A stretch of 64,000 bases of DNA from Candidatus Xenobia bacterium (lineage in GTDB: Bacteria; Vulcanimicrobiota; Xenobia; Xenobiales; QWHO01): the NCBI GenBank assembly GCA_045863235.1, contig BTUM01000011.1, positions 61,968 through 125,967 of the forward strand, in the 5' to 3' direction. Both the position numbers and the translations under genes were made by a program. Positions 1 through 9,434 of the stretch are shown here, in pieces (position 1 is the stretch's first letter; the number at the start of each line of letters is the position of its first letter). The notes under the pieces were generated by a model that was not told the origin of the DNA, searched no databases, and saw only the letters and a program-made list of their open reading frames with translations.

Positions 1-1
1 T

Positions 2-370
2 CTGGACTACTTGCCTGTCGTAGTGGACTCGGTCGAGCGGAGAAGCTTGCGCAACAGTGCCCTGCGCCGCTGGGTGGACCAGGCGCGTCGAGAGCTTGGC
101 GAGAGACGGCAGCGTCGCAAGATTCCCCGCCCTCTGCGAGCGCCCCGAAGCTATCTGTTGAGACTCCAGGCGGTGGAGCACTGGGCTCAGGAGGAGCTGG
201 CCAACCTGAGCCAGGCTCTCGATCTCCTGGAGGCCTACTGCCGGGACTCGAAACCCGAGCGACTGGGGCTGGCGCGACGGCACTTCGACCTGGCCGTACG
301 CGACTTCGAGCAGTACCGGACGGTGCTGATGGACCTCTGCTCGGGCCCGGGCTGCTACGTGGCCGCCTGA
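2..370 (+). CDS. Hypothetical helical protein, probably 5'-truncated by the window edge
   Basis: Frame is open from base 2 to TGA at 368-370 with GC-rich codon usage; no recognisable motif. Confidence 0.55.
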   Translation: MDYLPVVVDSVERRSLRNSALRRWVDQARRELGERRQRRKIPRPLRAPRSYLLRLQAVEHWAQEELANLSQALDLLEAYCRDSKPERLGLARRHFDLAVRDFEQYRTVLMDLCSGPGCYVAA

Positions 371-448
371 TATGGCGGAATCAGGTCACGTTTTCTCCGA
401 CGGCCCACCTGGTCTGCAGACGCTCCTGGTGCCGCAAGACCGCAGACG

Positions 449-1732
449 TTGGAGGATGAAGGCCGCACCGGGACAAAGAGTACAAGCTGGATGAGAAAGC
501 TTCCCGGCCGAGGTTACTCGGCCGACTTCTGGAAGGCCTGCGTGATGAACCTGCTCTGCATGACGGGGCAGGCGGTCATGTTCTTGCTGACGCTCTACTT
601 CACTCACGCCGGAATGACCCGCTGGCAGGTGGGCACGACCGATGCCGTTTTCTGGATCATCTCGGTCTTGATCCAGCCCTGGCTGGGCCGGCGCCTCGAC
701 CGCTGGGGGAGGCGCGTCTTCTTCATCTGGGGCTCGTACCTGATGGTGGCCTCGATTCTGTGCTACATCTACCTGCCCGTGAGCCTGCCCCTGATGCTGC
801 TGGTGCGCACCCTGCACGGCCTGGGCTTCTCCTTCTTTTTCACCTCCACCTGGACCTGGGTCTCCGACCAGGCCCCTCCTCAGAAATTGACCGAGATGCT
901 GGGCATCTTTGGGGTGTCGGGCCTGCTGGCCGGGGCTTGCGGTCCGGTGCTGGCCGAGCAACTGAAGAACTACGGAGGTTTTCCGGCTGTCTTCTGGTCC
1001 GCCGCCGGCTTGATGCTGGCGGGTGCCCTGCTCTCCCACCTGGTGCACGAGCCGAAGGTGGTACCGCTGCTCAACGACCGCCGCAACTTCGGCTTTCTCC
1101 GCATGGCTTTCGCGGCCCGCATGCGCGGTTTGACCCTGGCCGCCGTCGCCATGGGCATGGCGATCGGCAGCGTCTTCTGCTTCATCGCTCCCTACATCGA
1201 GGCCAAGAAGCTCACAGGAATCAGCTACGTCTTCGTGTGCTACACCGTGGCCGCCGTGCTGACCCGGGTCTTCTCTGGCAAGCTGGCCACCCGGCTGGGC
1301 GCCTCCGGCACCATTCCGCTGGCCCTGCTGATGCAGGGGGGATCGCTGATCCTCTTCAGCTTTCTCAGCCCCACCGGTTGGCGGGCCCTGCCCCTGATGC
1401 TGGGCGCGGGGGCCGGGGCCGGTCTGTCCTACGGCATGATCTATCCCGCCCTTTCCACTCTGGCGGTCGAGCGCTCGGGCAGCCAGCGGGGCCTGGGGAT
1501 GAGCGTGGTGGCCTGTTTTGGCGATCTGGGGAGCGGAATTGGCGCACTGGGAGCCGGCGTTATCGCTCACTTTTTCCGCGACGACTGGATGTGGGTGAGC
1601 ATCGGGGTCGTGGTGGCCGCCATCGCGGTTCTCTTTATCTTGCTCGAAGGCCAGTGGCGCACCCGGCGACGCAAGCGCAGCCGCAGCTTGCAGCCTGCCC
1701 TGCGGCTGGTGGGCGAGCAGTTGTCGGGGTAG
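449..1732 (+). CDS. MFS transporter
   Basis: About 12 hydrophobic segments and MFS motif A (GRRLDRWGRR). The real start may be ATG 491. Confidence 0.9.
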   Translation: MEDEGRTGTKSTSWMRKLPGRGYSADFWKACVMNLLCMTGQAVMFLLTLYFTHAGMTRWQVGTTDAVFWIISVLIQPWLGRRLDRWGRRVFFIWGSYLMVASILCYIYLPVSLPLMLLVRTLHGLGFSFFFTSTWTWVSDQAPPQKLTEMLGIFGVSGLLAGACGPVLAEQLKNYGGFPAVFWSAAGLMLAGALLSHLVHEPKVVPLLNDRRNFGFLRMAFAARMRGLTLAAVAMGMAIGSVFCFIAPYIEAKKLTGISYVFVCYTVAAVLTRVFSGKLATRLGASGTIPLALLMQGGSLILFSFLSPTGWRALPLMLGAGAGAGLSYGMIYPALSTLAVERSGSQRGLGMSVVACFGDLGSGIGALGAGVIAHFFRDDWMWVSIGVVVAAIAVLFILLEGQWRTRRRKRSRSLQPALRLVGEQLSG

Positions 1733-1760
1733 GGTTTTTCTCTTTCGAGGCGAACCCCAG

Positions 1761-2501
1761 GTGATGCTGCGCTCGGCATTCGAGCTTCTGGTCCGGCCCA
1801 CCCACCCCCTGAAGCTTCACTTCTACATCGTCACGGGCTGTACCAGCGCCAATCTGCTGCTGGGTCTGCTGGCCCTGCTGGCGGTCATGGCCGGCTTTCC
1901 CGGAGTGGCCGCCTGGTGCCTTCTGGTGTGCGTGGTGCTCGATGCTGCCGACGGGGCCCTGGCCAAGTTCTGGAACGTGGCCACTCCTTTCGGTGCCCAG
2001 CTCGACTCGCTGGCCGACATGACCTCGTTCATCGTGGCCGGCTCGGTGCTGGCCTTCAGCTGGTTGGCTCCGCATGTGGCCCTGCCCCTGATCGGGGCGG
2101 CCAGCGGCCTGTGGCTCCTGACCGGAGCCTACCGCCTGGCCCGCTTCAACGTGACCGCCCCCGGACCGTATTTCACCGGCATCCCCACCACTTTCGTAAC
2201 GGCGGTGCTCTCAGGCACCTACCTGATCGCTCCCCACCTGACGCCCGTCTGGGGTGTGGCCCTGGTGGTCACGCTCTCGGTGCTGATGGTCAGTGTGTTT
2301 CCTTACCCGAAGCGTTGCCAGCTCAAGAAGGTGCCCATCTGGCTCTGGATCACGGTGGCTTCCGGCGGCGTGGTCGACTTCCACCGCACCCTGTCGCTGG
2401 TGGCCCTGGCCTACGTGCTCAGTGGCCCGCTGATCTGGGTCGCTCGGAAATATAGCGGGCGATGGGAGTCAACCCACCCACCACACGATCCCCCGGCTTG
2501 A
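1761..2501 (+). CDS. pssA: CDP-alcohol phosphatidyltransferase (phosphatidylserine synthase-like)
   Basis: Signature DAADGALAK...FGAQLDSLAD, plus RLARFN and FTGIP; adjacent to a psd domain. Confidence 0.85.
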   Translation: MMLRSAFELLVRPTHPLKLHFYIVTGCTSANLLLGLLALLAVMAGFPGVAAWCLLVCVVLDAADGALAKFWNVATPFGAQLDSLADMTSFIVAGSVLAFSWLAPHVALPLIGAASGLWLLTGAYRLARFNVTAPGPYFTGIPTTFVTAVLSGTYLIAPHLTPVWGVALVVTLSVLMVSVFPYPKRCQLKKVPIWLWITVASGGVVDFHRTLSLVALAYVLSGPLIWVARKYSGRWESTHPPHDPPA

Positions 2502-3771
2502 CCAGCACCTCCACCTGCCCGGCTTGCAGATAGACGTCGGTGCGCGAGCCGAAGCGGATCAGCCCGTAGCGCTCACCCTGGGCGAGCAGATCCCCCACCT
2601 GATACCAGTTGACGATGCGGCGGGCCAGTACCCCCACGCGCTGGGCCACGGCACAACGACCGTGCAGGCCTTCGAGGACCGTGAAGAGGCTGTGGTTGTG
2701 CTCGGCCACCGGTCGGAATGCGGGTGCGTGGCCCCCTGAGCGGCTGAAGATGTCCACCACCTTGCCGGCGATGGGGGCCCGGTTGATGTGCACGTCGTGC
2801 ACCCCCAGGAAGCTCGAGATGCGCAACCACTCCCCCTCTCCCAGGCGGGCGTCGGTCAGCCTCTCGATGGCCAGCACCTTGCCGTCGCAGGCCGAGTAGG
2901 CCAGCTCGGTATCCAGCCGCACCTCGCGGGCCGGGTCGCGTAGGAAGGCGCTGAAGGCCGTGGCCGCCGCCAGGGGTAGGGCGGACAGCGGAAGGCGCAT
3001 CGACTTCAAGAGCGCTGAGGCTGCGGTCAGGATGGCCGAGCCCTTGACCGCCTCGCGACTGAGCCCCCAGCCAAAGGGCAGGGCCACCCGGTGGCGGTCC
3101 TCCAGGGGGGCCAGGGAGAGCGCGCGCGAGGGTGGGCCCGAGGTGAAGCGCAGGTGTCGGATCCAGGCAGGAGGCAGGTTCCGCACCACGGTGCGCCGCG
3201 CGATCTGGTATTGCGAAAGATACTCGCTGATGACCCGATCCACGGCCCGGAAGCGCTCGGGGTACAGAGGCCCCATCAGGTGCTTGCGCAAACCCCGCAG
3301 GTAGGCATACTCAATGTAGCTCAGGATGCCGCCCGGCTTGAGCAACCGCCGGCAGCGCTCGAAGATGGCGCGCACCAGGTCGGGGGGGAGGATGGTGAAG
3401 GGGATGGAGCAGAGGATGTAGTCGTACTCCCCTTCTCCTTCCAACTCGCTGGCACTGACCGCTTGCAGAGTGATGCGCCCCCGCAGGGCCAGGAAGGCCG
3501 GCTCGGTCTCGATGCGGCGCTGCAGGAACTGCACGAAACCGGGATGGATCTCGCACAGTACCAGCTCGTCGTGGGGCCCGATACACGGCAGGATGTGGGT
3601 GGTGATGGCGCCCGTGCCGGCTCCCAGCTCCAGCACCTTCTTCGGGGTACGATGGCGGGCGCACTCTTCCGCCATCGCTCGAGCGGCGTAGCCCGAGGTG
3701 GGCGCGATGGCGCCGATGCTTACCTTGCCCCCGTTCTGGACCTGGTTGAGAAAGTGCAGGGTCTGGTTCAT
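2419..3771 (-). CDS. Fusion: phospholipid N-methyltransferase (PmtA/OlsG-like) plus phosphatidylserine decarboxylase
   Basis: N-terminal half has GAIAPTS, VLELGAGTG, CSIPF and RNLPPA; C-terminal half has FLRDPAR, DVHINRAP and GERYGLIRFGSRTDVYL (pyruvoyl self-cleavage GS). Start taken at ATG 3771. Confidence 0.88.
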   Translation of the reverse strand: MNQTLHFLNQVQNGGKVSIGAIAPTSGYAARAMAEECARHRTPKKVLELGAGTGAITTHILPCIGPHDELVLCEIHPGFVQFLQRRIETEPAFLALRGRITLQAVSASELEGEGEYDYILCSIPFTILPPDLVRAIFERCRRLLKPGGILSYIEYAYLRGLRKHLMGPLYPERFRAVDRVISEYLSQYQIARRTVVRNLPPAWIRHLRFTSGPPSRALSLAPLEDRHRVALPFGWGLSREAVKGSAILTAASALLKSMRLPLSALPLAAATAFSAFLRDPAREVRLDTELAYSACDGKVLAIERLTDARLGEGEWLRISSFLGVHDVHINRAPIAGKVVDIFSRSGGHAPAFRPVAEHNHSLFTVLEGLHGRCAVAQRVGVLARRIVNWYQVGDLLAQGERYGLIRFGSRTDVYLQAGQVEVLVKPGDRVVGGLTPIARYISERPRSAGH

Positions 3772-3839
3772 GGTCGAAAAGGGGGGGTTCTCGATGCGCC
3801 GGGCGGGGTCCTGTGCGAGCGGGGCCCTCATCTGGCCGG

Positions 3840-4775
3840 TCAGTAGAACACCGTGCGCGTCCGGTGGTAAGGTTTCTCGCCCGGCCAGGGGCGCTGTCCC
3901 TCGTTCCACAAAAACCAGTCGATCTCGTAGGCGCACAGATCCATCGCCCGGCGCAGCTCCTCCACGGCCCAGATCATGGCCGCGCGGATCTCCACTTCCA
4001 TCGGGTGGCCGGCCGGGATCTCGCGGCGGTTGTCCACCAGCCCGGCCAACTCGTCGGAGTAGACCAGCCCGCCCAGGGTGCGCAGAATCTGGGGGATCTT
4101 GTAGTCGGCGAAGGCGGTGAGCTGCTCGAGCCCGGTCAAAGCCCCCGGGCCCTGGCCCTGGAAGGTGCCGAACAGGTCCACGGCCAGGATCTGGGCCCGC
4201 TTCAAGAACCGCACCTCCGCCCCGTCGTAAGTGCAGACGTCGCGGAACGAGCTCAGCTCGCGTTCCACCAGTCGCACCAGCTCCACTGCAGAGCCCCCGG
4301 CCGCCTCCACCATGCGCTCGAACCGCCCTCCCCAGCGCTGGGAAAGGACCTGGCCGACCTCGCGGGCGTTGGCTACCCGCTCGTTCAGCATAGGAATCTC
4401 GCCCCGCCCGCGCAGCAGGTGGGCCATCTGCTCGCGGCTGACCTTAGCCAGCCAACCGGCCTCGAGCAGGGGAGCGCCTTCTTCCACGGCGCGGCGCAGA
4501 GCCACCGACAGGGCCTTGTAGCCATTGAAGCTCTGGCCCTGGTACTCCACCTCCCAGCGGGGCTGGTCGGGATCGGCCCAGAAGCAGAAGTTCAGCGCGT
4601 CCAGCACCAGCACGTAGTTGGCGTCGGCGTAGTGAATGGCGCTGTCCCATCCGGGCACGCCGAAGCCCGACTCCTTCCAGCGCTTCGCCAGGTCTTGCAA
4701 GACCCCGCTCTCGAGACGCACGTGGCGGGCCTTTTCGACGACGGTCAGGGTGGTTTCCAGCACTCCGAGGCTCAT
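3840..4775 (-). CDS. Queuosine salvage protein (Qng1/DUF2419 family)
   Basis: Motifs VLDALNFCFW, FLKRAQIL, LTAFADYKIPQILR, EVEIRA, IDWFLW and C-terminal YHRTRTVFY. Confidence 0.9.
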   Translation of the reverse strand: MSLGVLETTLTVVEKARHVRLESGVLQDLAKRWKESGFGVPGWDSAIHYADANYVLVLDALNFCFWADPDQPRWEVEYQGQSFNGYKALSVALRRAVEEGAPLLEAGWLAKVSREQMAHLLRGRGEIPMLNERVANAREVGQVLSQRWGGRFERMVEAAGGSAVELVRLVERELSSFRDVCTYDGAEVRFLKRAQILAVDLFGTFQGQGPGALTGLEQLTAFADYKIPQILRTLGGLVYSDELAGLVDNRREIPAGHPMEVEIRAAMIWAVEELRRAMDLCAYEIDWFLWNEGQRPWPGEKPYHRTRTVFY

Positions 4776-4854
4776 GGGCGGGATCATCGGGATGGCTGAA
4801 CCGATCTCCTGCGCCGAAGGACCCCCCCGCTCAGGCGGGGAACCACGCCCCGCC

Positions 4855-6660
4855 ATGCTGACCCTGCAAGATCGACGCGACGCTCTGGCCCAGTGGGCCT
4901 TCGATACCCGACCCATCCTGGGCCGTTTCCACCTCTGGCTGGAGGACGTGGAGACGGTGTGGACCCGGGGGCGCCCCACCCCGGACGACCCGCGCGAGAT
5001 GTCCTTCATCACCGGGCGCATCGAGCGCTCGTTGGCGATGACGGTGGCCGTCACGGCCCTGGGCACCCGCCTCTTCGGTCGCTTCGGCGAGGGCGCCGGG
5101 CAGGACAAGGCCGGGCTCAACCTGGTCAAGAAGGAGGCCGACGCCATCTCGGCCTACGCCATGAGCGAGAGTCTGTGGTATCTCACCCGCCACCTGCCCG
5201 AGAACCACGCCATCATGGTCTGCCTGGGCGAGGGCCTGATGCCCAAGGGGGGCGAGACGCCCGAGATGGGCTCGAACCCCAACCTCGGATTCGGGCGCGT
5301 CTATGCTCGCCCCGAGGTCGCCCGCTGGCTCGACGACCGGGTGGTGCGCCTGCTCAACGACCCGAGCTACGGCTGGGATGGCTTTTATGGAGAGATCAAG
5401 CGCTCGGGCCTGACCGTCTGGGGGGCGGCCATCGACACCCTGGAGAACACCTCGCGCTTTGCCCTGGGTCGCGAGTCGGGCACCATGACGGTGCTGCACG
5501 TGTTCAACCAGCCTCTTCACATCCTGCGCCCCTACGAGGGCTACATGGGCACCCTGATCCTGCCGCGCCAGGTAGTCGACCGGGCGGCCGAGCAGGCCAT
5601 TCTGGTGGACTACCGCACCCCCCGCGCCCGGGTGATGGAGGCCATCGAGCTGGCCTATCCGGGCATTCGGCGCGAGCACGTGCACGTCTGGACGCTGGGC
5701 GGCAAGAGCCGGGCCAGGCGCCTTTCGGGCCTGTGGGAGAGCTGGCGCGAGCTGGGCGTGCACCTGGTGGAGGAGGGCTGGAAGCTGCCCTCGGGGATGG
5801 AAGCCTTTACCGAGTCGGGGACCTACGGCCCCACTTACCAGGTGGGAACCTGGCAGGACGAGTCAGGCGCCACGCACCTGTTCCTGTGCGACGGCTACGC
5901 CGCCTCGGCCGAGGCGGTGCAGGCTGCCAGCCTGGCTCCCAAGCTGGGTCTGGAGGCCTCGCTCTGCGTTTTTACGTCTGCCTTCGAGCTGCCCTATGAC
6001 AGGGAGTTGCACGTGATGCACCTGGGCCACGACCTGGAGGCGGGCCTGGAGCGCCTCTTCGGGACCCAGCTCGAGCCGGCCCGGCTGAAAGCATATCGCG
6101 AGATGGTGCGGGAGGCCGAGGAGGCGGGCATTCCCCTCAACCGCCCCACCTTGCGCGCGGACGATTTCTTCCCCGAGAAGGGTTGGGAAGTGCTCGCCCT
6201 GGCCGGCTACATGGGCCCCGATCCATACTCGGGACTGCCCGGGGTGGAGCCGGTGGGGGAGGGGCGCTACCGGGTCACGGTGCGCCTGGGCTCGCTGCGC
6301 ACCGACAAGCGGGTCACCTTCACGCTACGCCTGATGGAGACTCTGGAGCAGAGCCGGCTGGTGTTCAGCCCGCTTCTCAACCGCTTCCTCAGCGGCGGAC
6401 AGGACTTCGAGACCCGGGCTGTCAAGATTTCCGACTCCGGGCGCATTCGAAACGAGCTGCAGACGCTGTGCGCCGAGGCCCTGGAGTTCCCTGGCCAGAA
6501 CCGCATGCGGGTCTACTTCGACCGCATCCCCGCCGCCGTCATCTCCCGGGAGCGGCAAGAGACCCTGCTCCGTGTGCTGCGTTGGTACCGAAAGCGTCAC
6601 CCTATCTGGTTCTCCTGGCTGGAGCTGGTGCCCCCCGAGGCCACCGAGCCGGAGACCTGA
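4855..6660 (+). CDS. Divergent, extended GlpX-like (class II FBPase/FIG superfamily) protein
   Basis: KKEADAISAYAM, CLGEG and AIDTLENT resemble the GlpX motifs K..AD...V.AM, IGEG and VDPLEGT; about 600 aa. Confidence 0.6.
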   Translation: MLTLQDRRDALAQWAFDTRPILGRFHLWLEDVETVWTRGRPTPDDPREMSFITGRIERSLAMTVAVTALGTRLFGRFGEGAGQDKAGLNLVKKEADAISAYAMSESLWYLTRHLPENHAIMVCLGEGLMPKGGETPEMGSNPNLGFGRVYARPEVARWLDDRVVRLLNDPSYGWDGFYGEIKRSGLTVWGAAIDTLENTSRFALGRESGTMTVLHVFNQPLHILRPYEGYMGTLILPRQVVDRAAEQAILVDYRTPRARVMEAIELAYPGIRREHVHVWTLGGKSRARRLSGLWESWRELGVHLVEEGWKLPSGMEAFTESGTYGPTYQVGTWQDESGATHLFLCDGYAASAEAVQAASLAPKLGLEASLCVFTSAFELPYDRELHVMHLGHDLEAGLERLFGTQLEPARLKAYREMVREAEEAGIPLNRPTLRADDFFPEKGWEVLALAGYMGPDPYSGLPGVEPVGEGRYRVTVRLGSLRTDKRVTFTLRLMETLEQSRLVFSPLLNRFLSGGQDFETRAVKISDSGRIRNELQTLCAEALEFPGQNRMRVYFDRIPAAVISRERQETLLRVLRWYRKRHPIWFSWLELVPPEATEPET

Positions 6661-7565
6661 CCCACGCGGGCCCAGCCGTGGCCCGGGTCCTCGGCTCGAT
6701 CCGGGTGCAGCAGGTGGGCCAGGATCTCCAGCCCGTCCAGAATGCGCGGCCCCGGTCGGTTGAAGAAGCTGGAGCCATCCACGGCAAACACCCGCTCTTG
6801 CCGGGCTGCCGGCAGGTCCGCGAAGCCAGGCCGCCCGGTCACCTCGGGAGCCAGCTCCAGAGTTTTTTCCAAACTGCAGCCGCAGGCCATCAGCACCACC
6901 ACCTCAGGCTCACGCTCGAGCACCAGCGACCACTCCACCGCCCGCGACTTCTGGCCGGGGCCGGTAAAGGGATCGTGCCCGCCAGCCAGCTCGATCATCC
7001 CGGGCACCCAGTGTCCGGCCATGTAGACCGGGTCCAGCCACTCCAGAGCCGCCACCACCGGTCGGTGGTCCACCCCGGCGCTGGTCAGGCGGACCTGCTC
7101 GAGGCGCTCGCCGAGCCGTTCCACCAGCTCGCGGGCTCGAGCGGGATGGCCGCACAGGGCACCCACGGTGAGGATGTTGTCCAGGATGTCCTCCACCGAG
7201 TGAGGGTCGAGCGAGACCACCCGCGGGGGAGGATCGAGCAGCCGGTCCAGGCGGCAAAGGCCGCGCGGCGTGACCGCGCAGACCTCGCACAGCGCCTGGG
7301 TCAGCACCAGCTGTGGGTGCAGCTCCCGGAGCACTTCCTCGTCCAGCGTGTAGATCTCGTGGCCGGCCCGCAGCGCCTGCGAGACGGCCTGGTCGATCTG
7401 CCGGCTGGAGAGCGGCTCGAGCTCGAGGGCGGCCCGGCTGGCGATGGGACGATCCAGCGCGCGCGGGGGATAATCGCACTCGTGGGTGACCGCCACCAGA
7501 AAGTCTTCCAGGCCCAGCGCGAACAAGATCTCGGTCGCGCTTGGCAAGAGCGAGCAGACCCGCAC
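6597..7565 (-). CDS. BtuF-like cobalamin/iron-siderophore binding protein
   Basis: SLLPSATEILFALG, VTHECDYP, LEWLDP, GHWVP, FNRPGPR; no signal peptide visible. Confidence 0.85.
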   Translation of the reverse strand: MRVCSLLPSATEILFALGLEDFLVAVTHECDYPPRALDRPIASRAALELEPLSSRQIDQAVSQALRAGHEIYTLDEEVLRELHPQLVLTQALCEVCAVTPRGLCRLDRLLDPPPRVVSLDPHSVEDILDNILTVGALCGHPARARELVERLGERLEQVRLTSAGVDHRPVVAALEWLDPVYMAGHWVPGMIELAGGHDPFTGPGQKSRAVEWSLVLEREPEVVVLMACGCSLEKTLELAPEVTGRPGFADLPAARQERVFAVDGSSFFNRPGPRILDGLEILAHLLHPDRAEDPGHGWARVGQVSGSVASGGTSSSQENQIG

Positions 7566-7569
7566 CGGT

Positions 7570-8400
7570 TCAGGCCGTCAGGAGAAAATCGGCCGAGACC
7601 ATGTAATGGTCGCTGCCCTGGCGGGCTTCCGGGAAGCGGTGCACCCGGGCCTCCTGGAACTCTTCCTTGAGGTTGTCCGAGTAGAGGATGAAGTCGATCG
7701 AGCGGCGAGGGGCGCCGGCCGGGTGGGTGTCGCGCTCCTTGAAGGGTTTGTCACCCAGGCTGTCTTTCACCTGACCCTCGCCCGGGGTGAGCATGGCCCG
7801 GATGGTGGGAGTGGGGGGAGTGTCGTTCATATCCCCCATCACGATCCGGAAGCGGTCCGGATCCTCGCGGTAGTCCTCGCGCAGCACGTTGCGGATCTGG
7901 CTGGCCTCCCCCAGGCGCTGGTCGTCGGCCGACTGGCCGCCACCATGAGACTTGAGATGGGCGGCGTAGAGATCGACCGTGGGGCCCTCGGGGAGCTGGA
8001 CGCTGACCTCGAGCAGATCACGCTTGAAGAAGCCCGGGCTGTTCTGATTGGGAACCGGGAAACGGTCCTCCTTGTGGCTCTCCACCCGGGTGATGGGATG
8101 CTTGGAGATGAAGGCCACGTCGATTCCCCGGTTGTCGTTGCCCTCCACCAGGACCACGTTGGGATACATCCCGGGCAGGTGCTCGTCGAGGAATTCCTGC
8201 AGCACCTCGACGTTCTCCACTTCCTGCAGGGCCACCACGTCGGCGTCCACGCGCCGAAGCGTATCGGCCACCACCTGGAGGGAACGCTCACTCTTGGGCT
8301 CCATGTCATCATCGTCCTTGTGGGGGTCGTTTACGTCGTCAAACATGTTCTCGACGTTGTACGTGCCCACGCGCAGGTGGACCGGAGAGGAGACGAGCAT
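7570..8400 (-). CDS. Endonuclease/exonuclease/phosphatase (EEP) family protein
   Basis: TYNVEN, LQEV, HLKS, GDMND, IDFIL and SDH motifs; GGAGG RBS upstream. Confidence 0.9.
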   Translation of the reverse strand: MLVSSPVHLRVGTYNVENMFDDVNDPHKDDDDMEPKSERSLQVVADTLRRVDADVVALQEVENVEVLQEFLDEHLPGMYPNVVLVEGNDNRGIDVAFISKHPITRVESHKEDRFPVPNQNSPGFFKRDLLEVSVQLPEGPTVDLYAAHLKSHGGGQSADDQRLGEASQIRNVLREDYREDPDRFRIVMGDMNDTPPTPTIRAMLTPGEGQVKDSLGDKPFKERDTHPAGAPRRSIDFILYSDNLKEEFQEARVHRFPEARQGSDHYMVSADFLLTA

Positions 8401-8648
8401 GGAAGGCACCTCCGGACAATGAAGATATGGACTTTTCTGGGGGTCAGCCTAATCCGAGAAGGGGGCAGAAAAGTTTGCCCTTATGTTACCGGAACGTGGG
8501 ACCCCGGAAAGGCCGTCAACACATTGCCAGGATCCCGGCCGGTTTGCGGCCGAACGTCCAGGATCGACCGTGGCTCAGTGGCTGGCCAGCAACCCCGGCC
8601 ACTTCGGCAGGCCGGCCGAGCTCTTTGAGAGCTTCGAGCACCGGGTCT

Positions 8649-9392
8649 TCATCGGGCCTCCCCGAACCAGTCCCTCAGAGGGCTGCCGGCGGGCAGCCTT
8701 ACTTTTAGCTGCCGGAACCATTGTGGGTCGCTCTGCTCCTCGGCGGCCCTGCGCAGGAGCGAGGCGAAGAATCCTTTCATCTCGGCCTCCAGCTCGGGGG
8801 GCATGGGGTGCTCCAGGAACTCGGCCAGAAAGACCATCACAGCCTGTACCTCAGCCCAGCGCTCGTTGGTGATGCCCAGGATACCGATCGCTCCCAGCCA
8901 CCGTCCCACCAGGCCGAAGGGCTTGACCACCTGGCTGGTTTCGGGGCCCATCACCTGGCACGTCAGGTCGTAGGCCTCTTGATAGGAGAATTTGAGCTGG
9001 TCGGCGGCCAGCTCCAGCGCCAGCTGGGCCCTGCCCAGGCGCATGGCGCAGTCCACCAGCTGGTCGGCCGGGGAAGGGTCCGGCAGCTGCTGGAAGAGCT
9101 CCAGGCCTTTCTCGAAATAGGCCATCGGCTCGAGCAGGCGGGGGAGGGCCGGGGTTGCCATCGAGCCCCCGCAGGGCGCGCCCGGGAGCGTCCAGCTGTT
9201 GGGAGCGGTCACCCGGGCCGTGGCCTGATAGTGGGACCAGAGCCGCGAGCGAGTGGGATCGGCTGCCGGGCCGGCCGCCTCCCAGCGAAGTCCGAGAACC
9301 GGGTCGGATTGCCATTGGATGAGGAGCGAGGGGTCTTCTGGTTGATGCACCCGCCAGCGCTTCCCGGGCCCGGGCTTACCTCCTCCCAGCAC
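8649..9392 (-). CDS. Hypothetical protein
   Basis: Fills the gap with a protein-like composition; start uncertain. Confidence 0.55.
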   Translation of the reverse strand: MLGGGKPGPGKRWRVHQPEDPSLLIQWQSDPVLGLRWEAAGPAADPTRSRLWSHYQATARVTAPNSWTLPGAPCGGSMATPALPRLLEPMAYFEKGLELFQQLPDPSPADQLVDCAMRLGRAQLALELAADQLKFSYQEAYDLTCQVMGPETSQVVKPFGLVGRWLGAIGILGITNERWAEVQAVMVFLAEFLEHPMPPELEAEMKGFFASLLRRAAEEQSDPQWFRQLKVRLPAGSPLRDWFGEAR

Positions 9393-9434
9393 CAGCCCAG
9401 AGGGAAGAATCTTTCAGGCCCGAACGCCACTGCC

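Noticed and set aside
386..1801. Many long antisense or alternative-frame ORFs (for example 386-1801-, 10307-12019-, 42785-44668-, 55477-57567+)
   Set aside because: Shadow ORFs expected in high-GC DNA opposite well-supported genes; no motifs.
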